A DNA stretch of 64,000 bases from the human T2T-CHM13v2.0 reference genome, Homo sapiens, in NCBI RefSeq assembly GCF_009914755.1, contig NC_060930.1; one strand, 5' to 3'. This document shows, piece after piece, positions 12,631 through 24,495 of this stretch. Under the pieces are notes generated by a model. That model was not told where the DNA came from. It saw nothing but the letters and a program-made list of their open reading frames with translations, and did no database searches. The number at the start of each line of letters is the position of its first letter. Within the stretch, counting starts at the first letter, position 1. The translations under genes were made by a program, and so were the position numbers.

Positions 12631-14290
12631 TGAAATGTCCGTATATTTTCTTGATTTTTTCCAAATGTTTTGAAGAAAGTTTTTGTATTATTAAATGCTA
12701 TTCATTGGTCAATTTAAGTAATCTTCTTTTAAGAAATCATTCAGAAATTGTAGGTCCTTGATCGTAATTCTTTTTGGGTAATTTCAATTTCAATAGGTTA
12801 AACACTGTGCTGGAAGATTTGAGAAAGATTATCATTGGTCCATTTTGTCAAAATCATTTCCAGAAGTTTAAGTCCTTTTTTCTTCATTTTTAGTGTGATT
12901 CATTGATTTTCCTAAGGAAGAACATTTAACTTCTCTCAGTATTCACAAGGAATACCTGCTTGAATGTTTAAGTACCAACAGAGGATTTAAAGTTCTTATT
13001 ACTTATGAGCATTAAATGAATTCAATACTCCAAATTTTATAGAAGAAGCATTTCTGAAGATAGAAAATAAGGATAATTTTTAAACACAAGAAATCACATG
13101 CTTTTCATATCATTATCAATGTGGAAAATGCTGAAACAACTTGCTATTAAAAACCATTTATCAGAAACTTGTTTAATTAATATGTCAAATATCTGGGTTT
13201 TTAAATCATGTATAACAATGAAAATATTCCTAAAAACATATTGAGAACTTTAACAAAACATTTTACAGTTGGAATGAAATTAGTACTGGATGATTGGATT
13301 AAAAGCCAGTAGAAATTATATATTATCCTATTTAAATGTAGGACTATATAAGTTATTGGTAATCCTTTTTCATAATTTTATTACTTTTTCCAGTACCTAA
13401 GTGGATACTGGTGACTGGTATATAATAAGTAACCAATGAATAGATATTGAATAATGCATTGCTTTGCTCAATTTTCTCATCTCTGAGCTTTCCTGTCTGT
13501 GCTACTGCAACATTACTTTCTTAATTATATTCTCTCACTCCACTGCAATAATATTACAGATGTTATTCCCTGATTAAGAATAGTATAAATTGACAATCCA
13601 ACCCCTCAAATGAAATTTTTTGGTGATCCAAACGTTTTAAACATCCAATAAAGATATAACATGCTAGTTCTCTAGTAGGCACCCATTTCCAGGTTTCCAA
13701 ACGTTTCAACAAAAACATTTATATATTTCTCTATTGATTGCATAATGTGGAGATTCTGTTTTGAGAATGCACATAAAGTATATTATATTCTGAACTGTAA
13801 CAAAATGAGACTCTAATTTATTCACAGTCCTTTTTAAATTTGTCTGTATTTTTGTTTTCCTGAGAAAAATCTTATCTTTATAGCCTCTCTGGATATTGAA
13901 TATCTTGAGACTAGCTTTAATTCTCTTGATTTTTATTAAAACTTCTAATTCCAACTTTATTCGTGAACTACATGCTTATATAAAAGTACGTTTCATCAAA
14001 CAGCTTTCTCTTTATCTCTTTAAAATCATTACCTTTTATTATTTTCAGTATGCTTTAATGCTTTAAAATTTTATTCTTGAAACATTTGGTTTTTCCATTG
14101 CTACTTTCCTATTGATTGTTTTCCTCATATGTATCTTGAGATTTTAGTCTAGGTTTTATAACAAGCATAGCTATATTTACAGATATTTTTTCTATAAAGT
14201 TTTCAATATAGATTCTGATTTTTTTATCTTATAAAAAATAGTTAACACCATTAACATTTGGATTTATTTCTGTCTAGTTCTCCTCTGCTC

Positions 14291-14322
14291 ACACACACAC
14301 ACACACACACACGTGTACACAC
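14291..14322. repeat. (CA)n microsatellite
   Basis: About 11 perfect AC units plus an imperfect extension. Confidence 0.9.
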
Positions 14323-17300
14323 AAATACATATATATAAAATGGGCAGCACACTAATAAAGATAAAAATAAACTTTATAAAGTTTTACATTTTGTAACTGG
14401 ATATTATATTGTGAACATCCCCATGTAACTGTGTAGTATTTGAAACTTAGTTATTTAAAAATTAAATTGCAAATGTATGATCTTATAGACTATTTTCCTG
14501 CTTCCAAGACTTCTTTGGAACTGTGGACTCCCTGAAATGCCAGGGTAACATAAGCGAGACAGAACAGCTAGCAGAACCTCAGGGAATACCACTGACTTTA
14601 TGGTGTCAGCCAGTATCATGAGAGCCCACAATGTTGCCTTTCAAACCAAGTGATACATTTCTATCAATAATTAAATAAATTTGAAAGTACACTGCCATTG
14701 CATTTGCAATCTTCTTTCTTTGTTCTTTATTCATTGCAATAATAAAAACAAACAAACAAAAAACAACACCAAATCAAATGACTGTTGATGGGGGAATTAT
14801 AAGAATAGATGGGAGTGAAGACCCAAGCTGACTTTACCTCCAACTCAAAGATTTTTGTCCACTAATCTAATTTCTCTTTCTCTCTGTGTTTGTTAAAAGT
14901 TTCAAAGTAGATGTAGGTTCTCTTGCCAAGTTGATACTCGTGTTCTTTCCTTTTCAAGATTACATAAAAAGTATAGCTTAGATCCAACGTATCAACCTGG
15001 AATAGGTGAAAATATCACTATTGATTATAACTAGTATTTAACGAGGCTTAATATGGACCAAACACTGATCTAGGTATTTCACATGTATTATGTTTTGTAA
15101 TCCTCACAACTTTATGAAGGAAGTATATGTGTGAGAAAAGATACACACGATTAGATTTTGAGAGCCAGTGCAAACTGCACCGCAGGTGTATTGCCTGTTC
15201 AAATTTTTCTTTACCACTCTATATTAACACCTAAGTTAAAGGCCGGCACAATAAACAATGTGTTGCTTGATAATATTTGTAAAACAAATGGATTAGTGAA
15301 CAAGTTAATATGTCACTCTGTGGTCTTTAAAATATATATGGAAATGCAGAATATTAAAATCTGCAATACATATTTTGAAAAACAAAGGTGAGAGTAATGC
15401 TAGCCAAAGCAGGTTTGACTGCAGGCACAACTGTCCTTCCCACTCTTCTTAATTGAAGAGTCACCTCAATCCCCATTTGAATGTTCTCTTTTCAACCTCC
15501 TAAAAAGATTACTGAGAATGTAGATATTTAAATGTATTCTGTTCATCTTTAAATAATTTCATTTATGTTTAAGCTGCAAAAATTGATCTGAAGTTAGTCT
15601 GGTATATTGTGTACTTTAAGCATGTGATACGTTTCTAAAATGTTCATGTCAAGAATATCTACAATTCAAATCATGACCTTCTTTTGGCTTGTATTCTAAT
15701 TTTGAAGTTTCTGACCTAGACACAAAAATGATTAACTGAAGAATTTTAATAGTTGTACTGTTGTTCTTCACTTCTATCAGTGATGATATTTGATAGTGTA
15801 ATATGCTGAGCAGGCAAACAATGAAAAAGTCCCCTCCATGCAAAATGTATGTAAAATCAGCTTTCAATAAGTGAACAGTATTTACTACCTGCTGTTCCTT
15901 TTCACTATTTGCAGTACCATTCTTAGACTCACTGCAGGCATAAACCCTGGGATAAGGAAAAGTTAAGCCTCCGTTCTTCATACCTCTAATAAGGCTTTGC
16001 CAATGGCTGCAATCATTTTACAACCATCCACTTATGTTTAGGTTTAACAGAGTCTTGGCTTCATAATGAAATACTTCATTAAAGTATTTTTATGATATCT
16101 GTTTACACATATGTTCATAGTAGAATTGCATGGTGTTCTGTTATCCAGTCTTTGCCATTCACATGGACTCAGTTTATAGTGTCTGGTTATGCTACTGAAG
16201 ATCTTCCCGCTTTACCATTTGCTGTTAAGTAATTGTAGTCAGACAGACTGCCCAGGAAGCCCCATGGACTCAGTTTTATCCCTTGGGTATCACAAATGAG
16301 GAAGAGTTTGATTCCATATTGGTGAAATACTACTTCTGTTTCCTAAAGATATGTTGTTTTCTAAGATTTGCTTCTAGATTTTGTGATTAAATGTTTTATT
16401 GGACAGGGATTTAAGAATCAGAATTTCATGACATTTTGTCCTACTTTAAATGGAAATGTCTATAGACTTTTCTAGTGAAGGCTTTTACAAATGTTAAGGG
16501 ATGATTGAATGCTCACAGCAGGACACATGGCATTACAGAAAGTCTCCAAAATTATTCATCCTTTTGGGGACAACTATAACCATGATTTTTTGTGACACTC
16601 ATAACCTGTTGAATTGGAAAAATATTAATGTTAGAAACCTGTTCTCATGTCACTTTTAAAATTCTTCTCCTTTTTTGCCTCCTGTAGCATGAGTCCTAGT
16701 TTGATTAAACTAGACACTTGATTTTCTCCAATGGTAACATGTTTTTAAAAAAGGACTTTTACTCTGTTGGAACCAATTAGGCCAATGTGAGGAACTTTGG
16801 AAGGACCATGAGCAGCCAAACTTGCTAACAGCAAAACATATTTTTCTGAAGGCAGCATGAAAAGGACGGAGGAGTTCTCTAAGGACTGTGAGTTCCACGG
16901 GTCCTTTTGAGCTTCAGAAATCCAGCTCTCAGCACTTCATAAATCATTTCTGACCTGATGTCACTGAAGTTGTATTATTATGTGGTTAGTATCAAATTCA
17001 GAAAAATTGGGAGAAAATACAAGGAGAAGAATTTGCAGGGTGATTGTTGTAAGATTTTTATCATGTCCTCTTAAAAATGGTAGCTTTTCAGAAACTTTTG
17101 TTAACTGCTTTGCATTCCATCTTGAGAAAATGTCTGTATAGTTAGATGAGCATCATCTCCTCTCCTTGTTTTTAAATCACATCCAAAATGACATCAGGCT
17201 TGCAGCCGTCTCATTTTTTCCTTTTATTTACACTCTTCACACTTCATTGGCAATTGAGGTCACCACTTTAAAATTTAGGGTGAAGGCTAAAGACCAGCTT

Positions 17301-17897
17301 GACAAACTGTTGGCGGAATGCTCTCTTTTGCAAGTCTTCGTTTTGAAGAAAGAATGTGTGATTTAGAAATATTTAAGATTGTCATTTTGGTAGAACTTCT
17401 CATCTATCAATGCAGGGTGCAGCATCCCTATTTATTAATGTTGTGTTGGTTAGATATGTTCACCCATTAGGTACGTGCAGAGGTACCTGAAACCATCTGA
17501 GAGGTGGTATCCCATTTTTCATAATCTATTCAATTGAACTTTAAAAATAACTGAGCATCTTTTATATACAAGACATTAACAGACATTTATATTCTATGGT
17601 ATCTACTGCTAGCAACTTATAACAGTTTTGGTGGTAAAATAAAGGCAAACTTGCTTCATAACAAAACAAAATTAAATTATCAAAAAGAAATGCTCAGTTG
17701 TTAATTTAAAATATAAAATGAGACATGAGAATAACCTTAGGTTAGAAATTCAGATGTAGAAAATATCTGTATAAAGAAGTTAGTTGAAATACTCATAGGC
17801 ATGAAAGGTATTTTGCAAAAAGCAAAAGTAGGCAAAACTGGATCTATGAAGTTGCTCCATAATGTACTAGTCAGGTGAAGTAGCACAAATTACCTAG

Positions 17898-18411
17898 TGT
17901 ATCAGTTTTCTTTTGTTAACACAACATATTACCACAAACTTAATGGCTTAAAACCTCACAAATTTATCTCACAGTTTAATAGGTTAGTAGTCTGACACAA
18001 GTCTCACTGAGCTAAAGTCCAGGTGTGGGTAGTATTGCATTTCTTTCTGGAGGCTCTAAGGTAGAATTCATTTTCTAAAATTCATTCATTTAGGATAGAA
18101 GCTGAAAGAATCAGTTTCTACAGGCTACCTGCATCCTTTGGCTCATGACCCCTTCCTCCATCTTCAAAGCCAGGAACAGGTTGAATCCTTCGTTGTACCA
18201 CCCTAACCTCTTCTTTTGCCTCCCTCTTATACTTTTCAGGACCCTTATGATTACATTGAGCCCAGTGGATTATCCAGGGTGATCCTTTCATCTCAAGGTC
18301 TTTAACTGAATCATATCTACAAAGTTCCCTTTGCCATAAAAAGGGTCATATTCACAGGTTCCAAGAATTAAATATAGACGTCTTTGAGGGACCACTGTTT
18401 ACTCTACCATA
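17898..18411 (-). mobile_element. MLT1D-like MaLR solo LTR
   Basis: tgtatcagttttc...ttaccacaaacttaatggcttaaaac...ctggaggctctaagg...ccttcctccatcttcaaagccag...ctaccata; 5-bp TSD cctag/actag (1 mismatch). Confidence 0.85.
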
Positions 18412-19084
18412 ACTAGCCTATCTCATTTCAATTTTCTAATCAGTTACTACCTGTCTCTTAGAGTTCTTGTTAGCAGAAACAAATTTCTGTGTAATAAAGT
18501 GCCTGGCAAAAAGTAGGTCCTAAATAAAATGTTATTTTCCCCAAGGAAAAGATTATTAGGAATTATAACATTGGGACACACCTTTGTTTAAAAAGCTCTA
18601 ATTAACAAGAACCACAGCAGGGGCGCGCATACAGGGGTTGGAGAGAAATTCAGTTAGTGCTGTCTTCTGGACACTCCTTCTATCTTCATTCTCTCCTCTG
18701 CCATTGTTAACCTTCCATTTTAGGCAAGGAGCTGTATTAGGAAAATGTGGTTTCCTTTTATTAAAAGAAAATCTCTAAATTATTAATAGATATTACTTTT
18801 CCAAAGAAAATTTCAGAAAGGAGAAGAACAACATAATCAAAATCTGTGGACACTTTAAAGATAAGGATGATGGAGAAAGACTGAATTTTGCAAGCAGGTT
18901 ATAATAACTCCTGAGAGTGATTGTAATAGGGTGATTAGGTCATGCATGGACTACAAGGGATCAAGTAGAAAAGGAGTGGTAAAGTAGTAAACAGCAGAGG
19001 GTACAGGCTACTCTTAAGAAAGTCCCTAGAGAAGGATAAGAAAATGGGGCAATACATAAGCTTGGAAATAGATGATGATATTTC

Positions 19085-20329
19085 TTTTTTTTTTAATTTA
19101 ATTTTATTTATTTATTTATTTTATTAATCATTCTTGGGTGTTTCTCACAGAGGGGGATTTGGCAGGGTCACAGGACAATAGTGGAGGGAAGGTCAGCAGA
19201 TAAACATGTGAACAAAGGTCTCTGGTTTTCCTAGGCAGAGGACCCTGCGGCCTTCCGCAGTGTTTGTGTCCCTGGGTACTTGAGATTAGGGAGTGGTGAT
19301 GACTCTTAACGAGCATGCTGCCTTCAAGCATCTGTTTAACAAAGCACATCTTGCACGGCCCTTAATCCATTCAACCCTGAGTGGACACAGCACATGTTTC
19401 AGAGAGCACGGGGTTGGGAGTAAGGTCATAGATCAACAGCATCCCAAGGCAGAAGAATCTTTCTTAGTACAGAACAAAATGGAGTCTCCTATGTCTACTT
19501 CTTTCTACACAGACACAGCAACAATCTGATTTCTCTATCTTTTCCCCACATTTCCCCCTTTTCTATTCCACAAAACCACCATCATCATCATGGCCCGTTC
19601 TCAATGAGCTGCTGGGTACACCTCCCAGATGGGGTGGCGGCTGGGCAGAGGGGCTCCTCACTTCCCAGAAGGGGTGGCCGGTAGAGGCGCCCCCCACCTC
19701 CCTCCCAGACGGGGCGGCTGGCCAGGCGGGGGCTGCCCCCTACCTCCCTCCTGGACGGGGCGGCTGGCAGGGTGGGGGCTGCCCCCACCTCCCTCCCGGA
19801 CGGGGTGGCTGCCGGGCGGAGACGCTCCTCACTTCCCAGATGGGGTAGCTGCCGGGCGGAGGGGCTCCTCACTTCTCAGACGGGGCGGCTGCCGGGCGGA
19901 GGGGTTCCTCACTTCTCAGATGGGGCGGCTGCCGGGCAGAGGGGCTCCTCACTTCTCAGACGCAGCGGCCGGGCAGAGACGCTCCTCACTTCCTAGACGG
20001 GATGGCGGTCCGGAAGAGGCACTCCTCACTTCCCAGACTGGGTAGCCAGGCAGAGGGGCTCCTTACATCCCAGACGATGGGCGGCCAGGCAGAGACGCTC
20101 CTCACTTCCCAGACGGGGTGGCGGCCGGGCAGAGGCTGCAAACTCGGCACTTTGGGAGGCCAAGGCAGGCGGCTGGGAGGTGGAGGTTGTAGCTAGCCGA
20201 GATCACACACTGCACTCCAGCCTGGGCAACATTGAGCACTGAGTGAACGAGACTCCATCTGCAATCTCGGCACCTCGGGAGGCCGAGGCTGGCAGATCAC
20301 TCGCGGTTAGGAGCTGGAGACCAGCCCGG
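19085..20329 (-). mobile_element. SVA retrotransposon (older subfamily, SVA_A/B/C-like), 5'-truncated, antisense to LAMA2
   Basis: Poly-T/TTTA tail, SINE-R (atcattcttgggtgtttctc...), GC-rich VNTR (~19620-20130), partial Alu-like domain, no CCCTCT hexamer; perfect 16-bp TSD tagatgatgatatttc at 19069-19084 and 20330-20345. Confidence 0.97.
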
Positions 20330-21334
20330 TAGATGATGATATTTCATTTGCAATAGCTAAAATTGACTAAGTGTTAAGTGACTCTGATCTGTTGAAAGAA
20401 TTCATGAACCAAGATCAGAAACTTTCTTCTGTCTTTGATTTGTTATTCTACTCTGTTAACATTATACTTCTAACACTTCCCATCACTACAAATCTTTGCT
20501 ATTAGTCCCCAAATGCTTTGAACTAGAGTGATTCATTTATGTGTGTAATGTCATAAATTGGAGAATGTGTAGGTTCATCTTACCTTGGTAAATACAGAAG
20601 CACAAAAAACAAAGGCAATGCCAGGTATTTCTCCAGGGTGAATAAATTTTAGAAGGCAAATTTAAACTGTCATATTTCTGATTGCCTGTGATTCACACCA
20701 TTGTTGTACTCTGTGACAGTTTCATTGAAAGGACTGTCATGTTCCATGAGGAACTCAGCCTACCTGCTCTTTTACCAGTAGCTGGTGGGAAAGCCATACT
20801 GTGCCAATGACTTATTCACAGGAGGCAGGTCAATCTTTTGAAACCACAGATTGTTTCAAATGAGAGAAAAATATGTGAGAAGAGAATAGATGTCAAGGGT
20901 AGTGCTAAAGACAAGGAAAATGCTTGCCTGGGTTTTCCCTGCAGCTGACGTTGTTAAAAATGATAGCAACTTAATGAAGCATGGCGTACTAAATGCATTA
21001 ATAAGCTGAGGGAGGACCTTATTCATTCCAATTTGGACTCTGCTCACTCGTGTTACTCGTTTTCTTAAGACTGGACTAAAATTGTGAGACCTTATGGGCC
21101 AACGATACCCTTTAGAGCTGATAATTAATTTGAAAGAATTATTAAAGCATATTTCTTGAGCTAAGAATGCAGTGTATTCACAGTAAGAGGCAGAGTTAAC
21201 CATTTATCAAGATAATTAAGAAAATGCATTAAATGTTTGCTCCGTAAGAGCAAGCACTAAATTACCAGTAGTAGTAATATTATTATGTGAAAGGGAATCA
21301 ATAGTTTGTTTACTAAAATGAGATGCATTAGCAA

Positions 21335-22070
21335 GCTTTTTTATTCTGATATAAAAATTTTCAAATATACACAAAAGTATAGAGAATACCGTGGACTCAA
21401 ATGTACCCAACACCCATCCATAAGTATTAACTCAGGACCCCTCTTGTATCAGTTTTCAACCCATCCACATCCTACTCCACCCCTCCAGATTATTGGGAAG
21501 CAAATTCCATATGTATTACTCGCTTCGTAACTACTTCATTATGTATCTCTGAAGGATAAGACTCTTTTATAAAGGAAACCATTGTCACATCTAAAAATTA
21601 ATACTATTATACTGATTCTTTAATATTAACAAATATTTACTCAGTATTCAAATTCATCACACCTGCTTCCAAGTTTTTTAAAAACAGTTGAATCAGGATT
21701 CACAAGAAGTCACATACTGCATTTGTTCGATATATCTAGGTCTCTCAATCAATAACATTTTAACTTCCTTGCAACTTATTTTTTTGAAGAAACCACGTTG
21801 TGTGTCCAGTAGTGTTTCTTACATCCTGCATTTTGCTACTTAGGGTTCCTGTAGTACTGTTTGCATATTTCTCTACTACTATATTTCCTGAAAACTGATA
21901 GATAAATTTAGAGAGTTACTCTGATTCAGGGTTCATATTTTTGGCACAACCACTTTATAGATTGTGCTATGTGCTTCCATCACACTGCAGAAAATATCTG
22001 GGTGTCTCTTTTTTGGGGATGTTTCTGGTCATTGATCAGCATTAATGGCCACAGGTCCATCATTTTATGG
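21335..22070 (-). mobile_element. Ancient L1MC/L1ME 3' fragment
   Basis: tttcaaatatacacaaaagtatagagaata...ggataagactctttt...gaatcaggattcac...ttttgaagaaaccacg. Confidence 0.7.
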
Positions 22071-24237
22071 GGGCTCCCTTCATAGTAAACTGCACAGTAA
22101 ACTATACACAGTGAACCTTGTGGTAAACTGTAGCATCCTGTGTACTATAGCAATTTACTCCATGTTGCTTTTTTCATTTAACAATAAATCCCGCCATTCA
22201 TTGCTCTTCCATCTCAGGGTTTTCTTGCTTATTATTGCTTGTTAAAATTCTTCCAAATCACATTTATAATCAAGTCGTTCAGCACTAAGGAAAAAAAATA
22301 ACATTTTCATGAAAAAATGAAATTGCATTACATTTATATATTCTCTTAGGGACATTGAAAATAAGTCTTGCTATTTTTCAGAGCTAGACTTTGAGATTTG
22401 CTTTTTTGCAGAGTGAGATAGAGAAGTCCTTCAAATACTGTCCCTTGAAGAGTTAGGCATTGATTTAAACCCTTTTGAAAAACAATTTCAACAAATAATT
22501 GAAAATGTTCTCTTCAAAGTATTATCATTAGTCATCCAGTTAGATTATTATTATTAGGAATTCTGAGGTGGTGGAATAATTCATTTTCCAATGTGTTAAC
22601 TTCTCATGAGTTTAATGTGAGTATAAAAAGTCTGTTTTAACTGAGGGCAGAGTATTCCTTTTTCTCTTATAATACAGGAGCCAGTTACAACACAGGAGGT
22701 GAAATGGCCTGTTTGCTTACCTGCAACTTCAGGAATTTCATGCTTAGCAATTAATTGCAGTACACACTTGTGGGGGTAGGGGTAGGAGGTTGGATAAGTG
22801 GGTTGCACTTAATAATTCAGTGACAATTACAAATCGTTTCACTATATGTGAAAGTATTTGAAGTAAATTTACCTGAAGATAGAAAATATGGGTGGGCAAG
22901 CTCCTCCTGAACTCCCCACCACATTATTCTAGGTTTATTGAAGTAAATGTAAACTTATAAGGGGACATAAAACTCACACAGAAAATAATAATTAGACATA
23001 TTTCCACATTAATGTTTTTAAGTTTAAAACATCATTTAAAAATTTTATCACTGATGCTTGACTTAAACAAGTCCACTTATAGCATTGTCAGAATCTGTAT
23101 AAGTATCTCTTCAGGGAATTTTTAAGATGAGAGTGAACAATTTTCTGAGATTGCCTACACATTTTTGTTACACAGTAAGAGCCAGGTTCTATGTGGCTTA
23201 GGTGGGGATGGGGCTTTGAGTGAATCCTCTGTTGTACACAGACTTAATACATTCTCCATTTCAGCCCACTTTTCACCTCTGTTTTCATCAGACCTACCTC
23301 GGTGAGGTTCTAGACTTCTGCCCTGCTGCAGCTACTCAGTACTTTAGGCCATGACCTCCGCTCTCCTTCCTCAGCAACTCACCACAGACCTTCCGGAAAA
23401 ATGTTAAACCCTTCTCATCCTTTTCTTGTTATTGGTTTCTATTTTCTTTCTTTCTTTTTTCTTTAGCGTCACAGGGGAAGAGCTGATAATTGTATTGGCT
23501 ATATGTATCAACTCAAACAGAGAGACATTACCTGCAGTTCTATAAAGATTCCCAGATTATTCCAATGGGTATTAAGCTTGAAAACATGATGTCTATGATC
23601 CTTTCTGGTTCTGATATTGTATAACTCTCATCACTTAATGAAAGCCACCGTTCCTATTTGGATAAATAAGAGAATTGAAAAACGCACTATTAGAACTGAG
23701 AGTACAGATGAGCTTTCCAAATATATTAGAGATGGCATCACAGTACATGGAAATGTTAAAATCCATAACATGGGCAAGAGCACATACTAGAAAAGTGCAG
23801 AACCTCTTTAGAAGTGAAGCATTTTCGTTCCATGCACATCAATTTGCTATAGGAGTTCAGGGACAAATAGCAATATGGGAAGGAGGCGGAGCTCAACATT
23901 GAGCAGAAATTAGACACATGCTGTTCTCTTGAGAGATTAAGAAAGAATAAATAGAAGAGAGTAAGTCAGGTCCTATGAGAAGGATAAAGCATTGTCTTCC
24001 ATAGAGAGTGACCTTCATTAATATTTTTTACGGCTTTTGTGGAGATCAGCCTAAGGAAACAGAAGTCCTATGGCCTTATTACATCATTACAGAATCACAC
24101 TTTGGCTGGGTCTCTTAACTGTGTAACAGTGGTGCTCAAAAGTCTCTGTAAATCTCCAAAACACAATACTCTTTAGTAGCATTTCTTAGATTTGTGATTC
24201 TTCTGGGGACAAAGGATCTGGGATACAATGGGTTCCC

Positions 24238-24495
24238 GAGTGCAGTGGTGTGATCTCGGCTCACTGCAACCTCCGCCTTCCGATTTTCAAGCGATTCTCC
24301 TGCCTCAGCTTCTGGAGTAGCTGGGATTACAGGCGCCCACCACCACCCCCGACTAATTTTTTTTTTTTGTATTTTTTAGTAGAGACGGAGTTTCACCATA
24401 TTGGCCAGGCTGGTCTCGAACTCCTGACATCGTGATCCGCCTGCCCCAGCCTCCCAAAGTGCTGGGATTACAGGCGTGAGCCACCGTGCCCGGCC
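24238..24495 (-). mobile_element. AluSg-like element lacking its 3' end and A-tail
   Basis: Begins abruptly at gagtgcagtggtgtgatctcgg; carries the 2-nt deletion (acatcgtgatcc) with S-type ggccaggctggtctcgaactcc; ends cccggcc. Confidence 0.92.

Noticed and set aside
18612-18632. CTCF-like CAGCAGGGGCGC
   Set aside because: One G short of the core spacing and lacks the 5' CC; not supportable without ChIP data.
19128-20196. Several overlapping GC-rich ORFs (up to 138 aa)
   Set aside because: These are the usual translations of SVA SINE-R and VNTR sequence, not genes.
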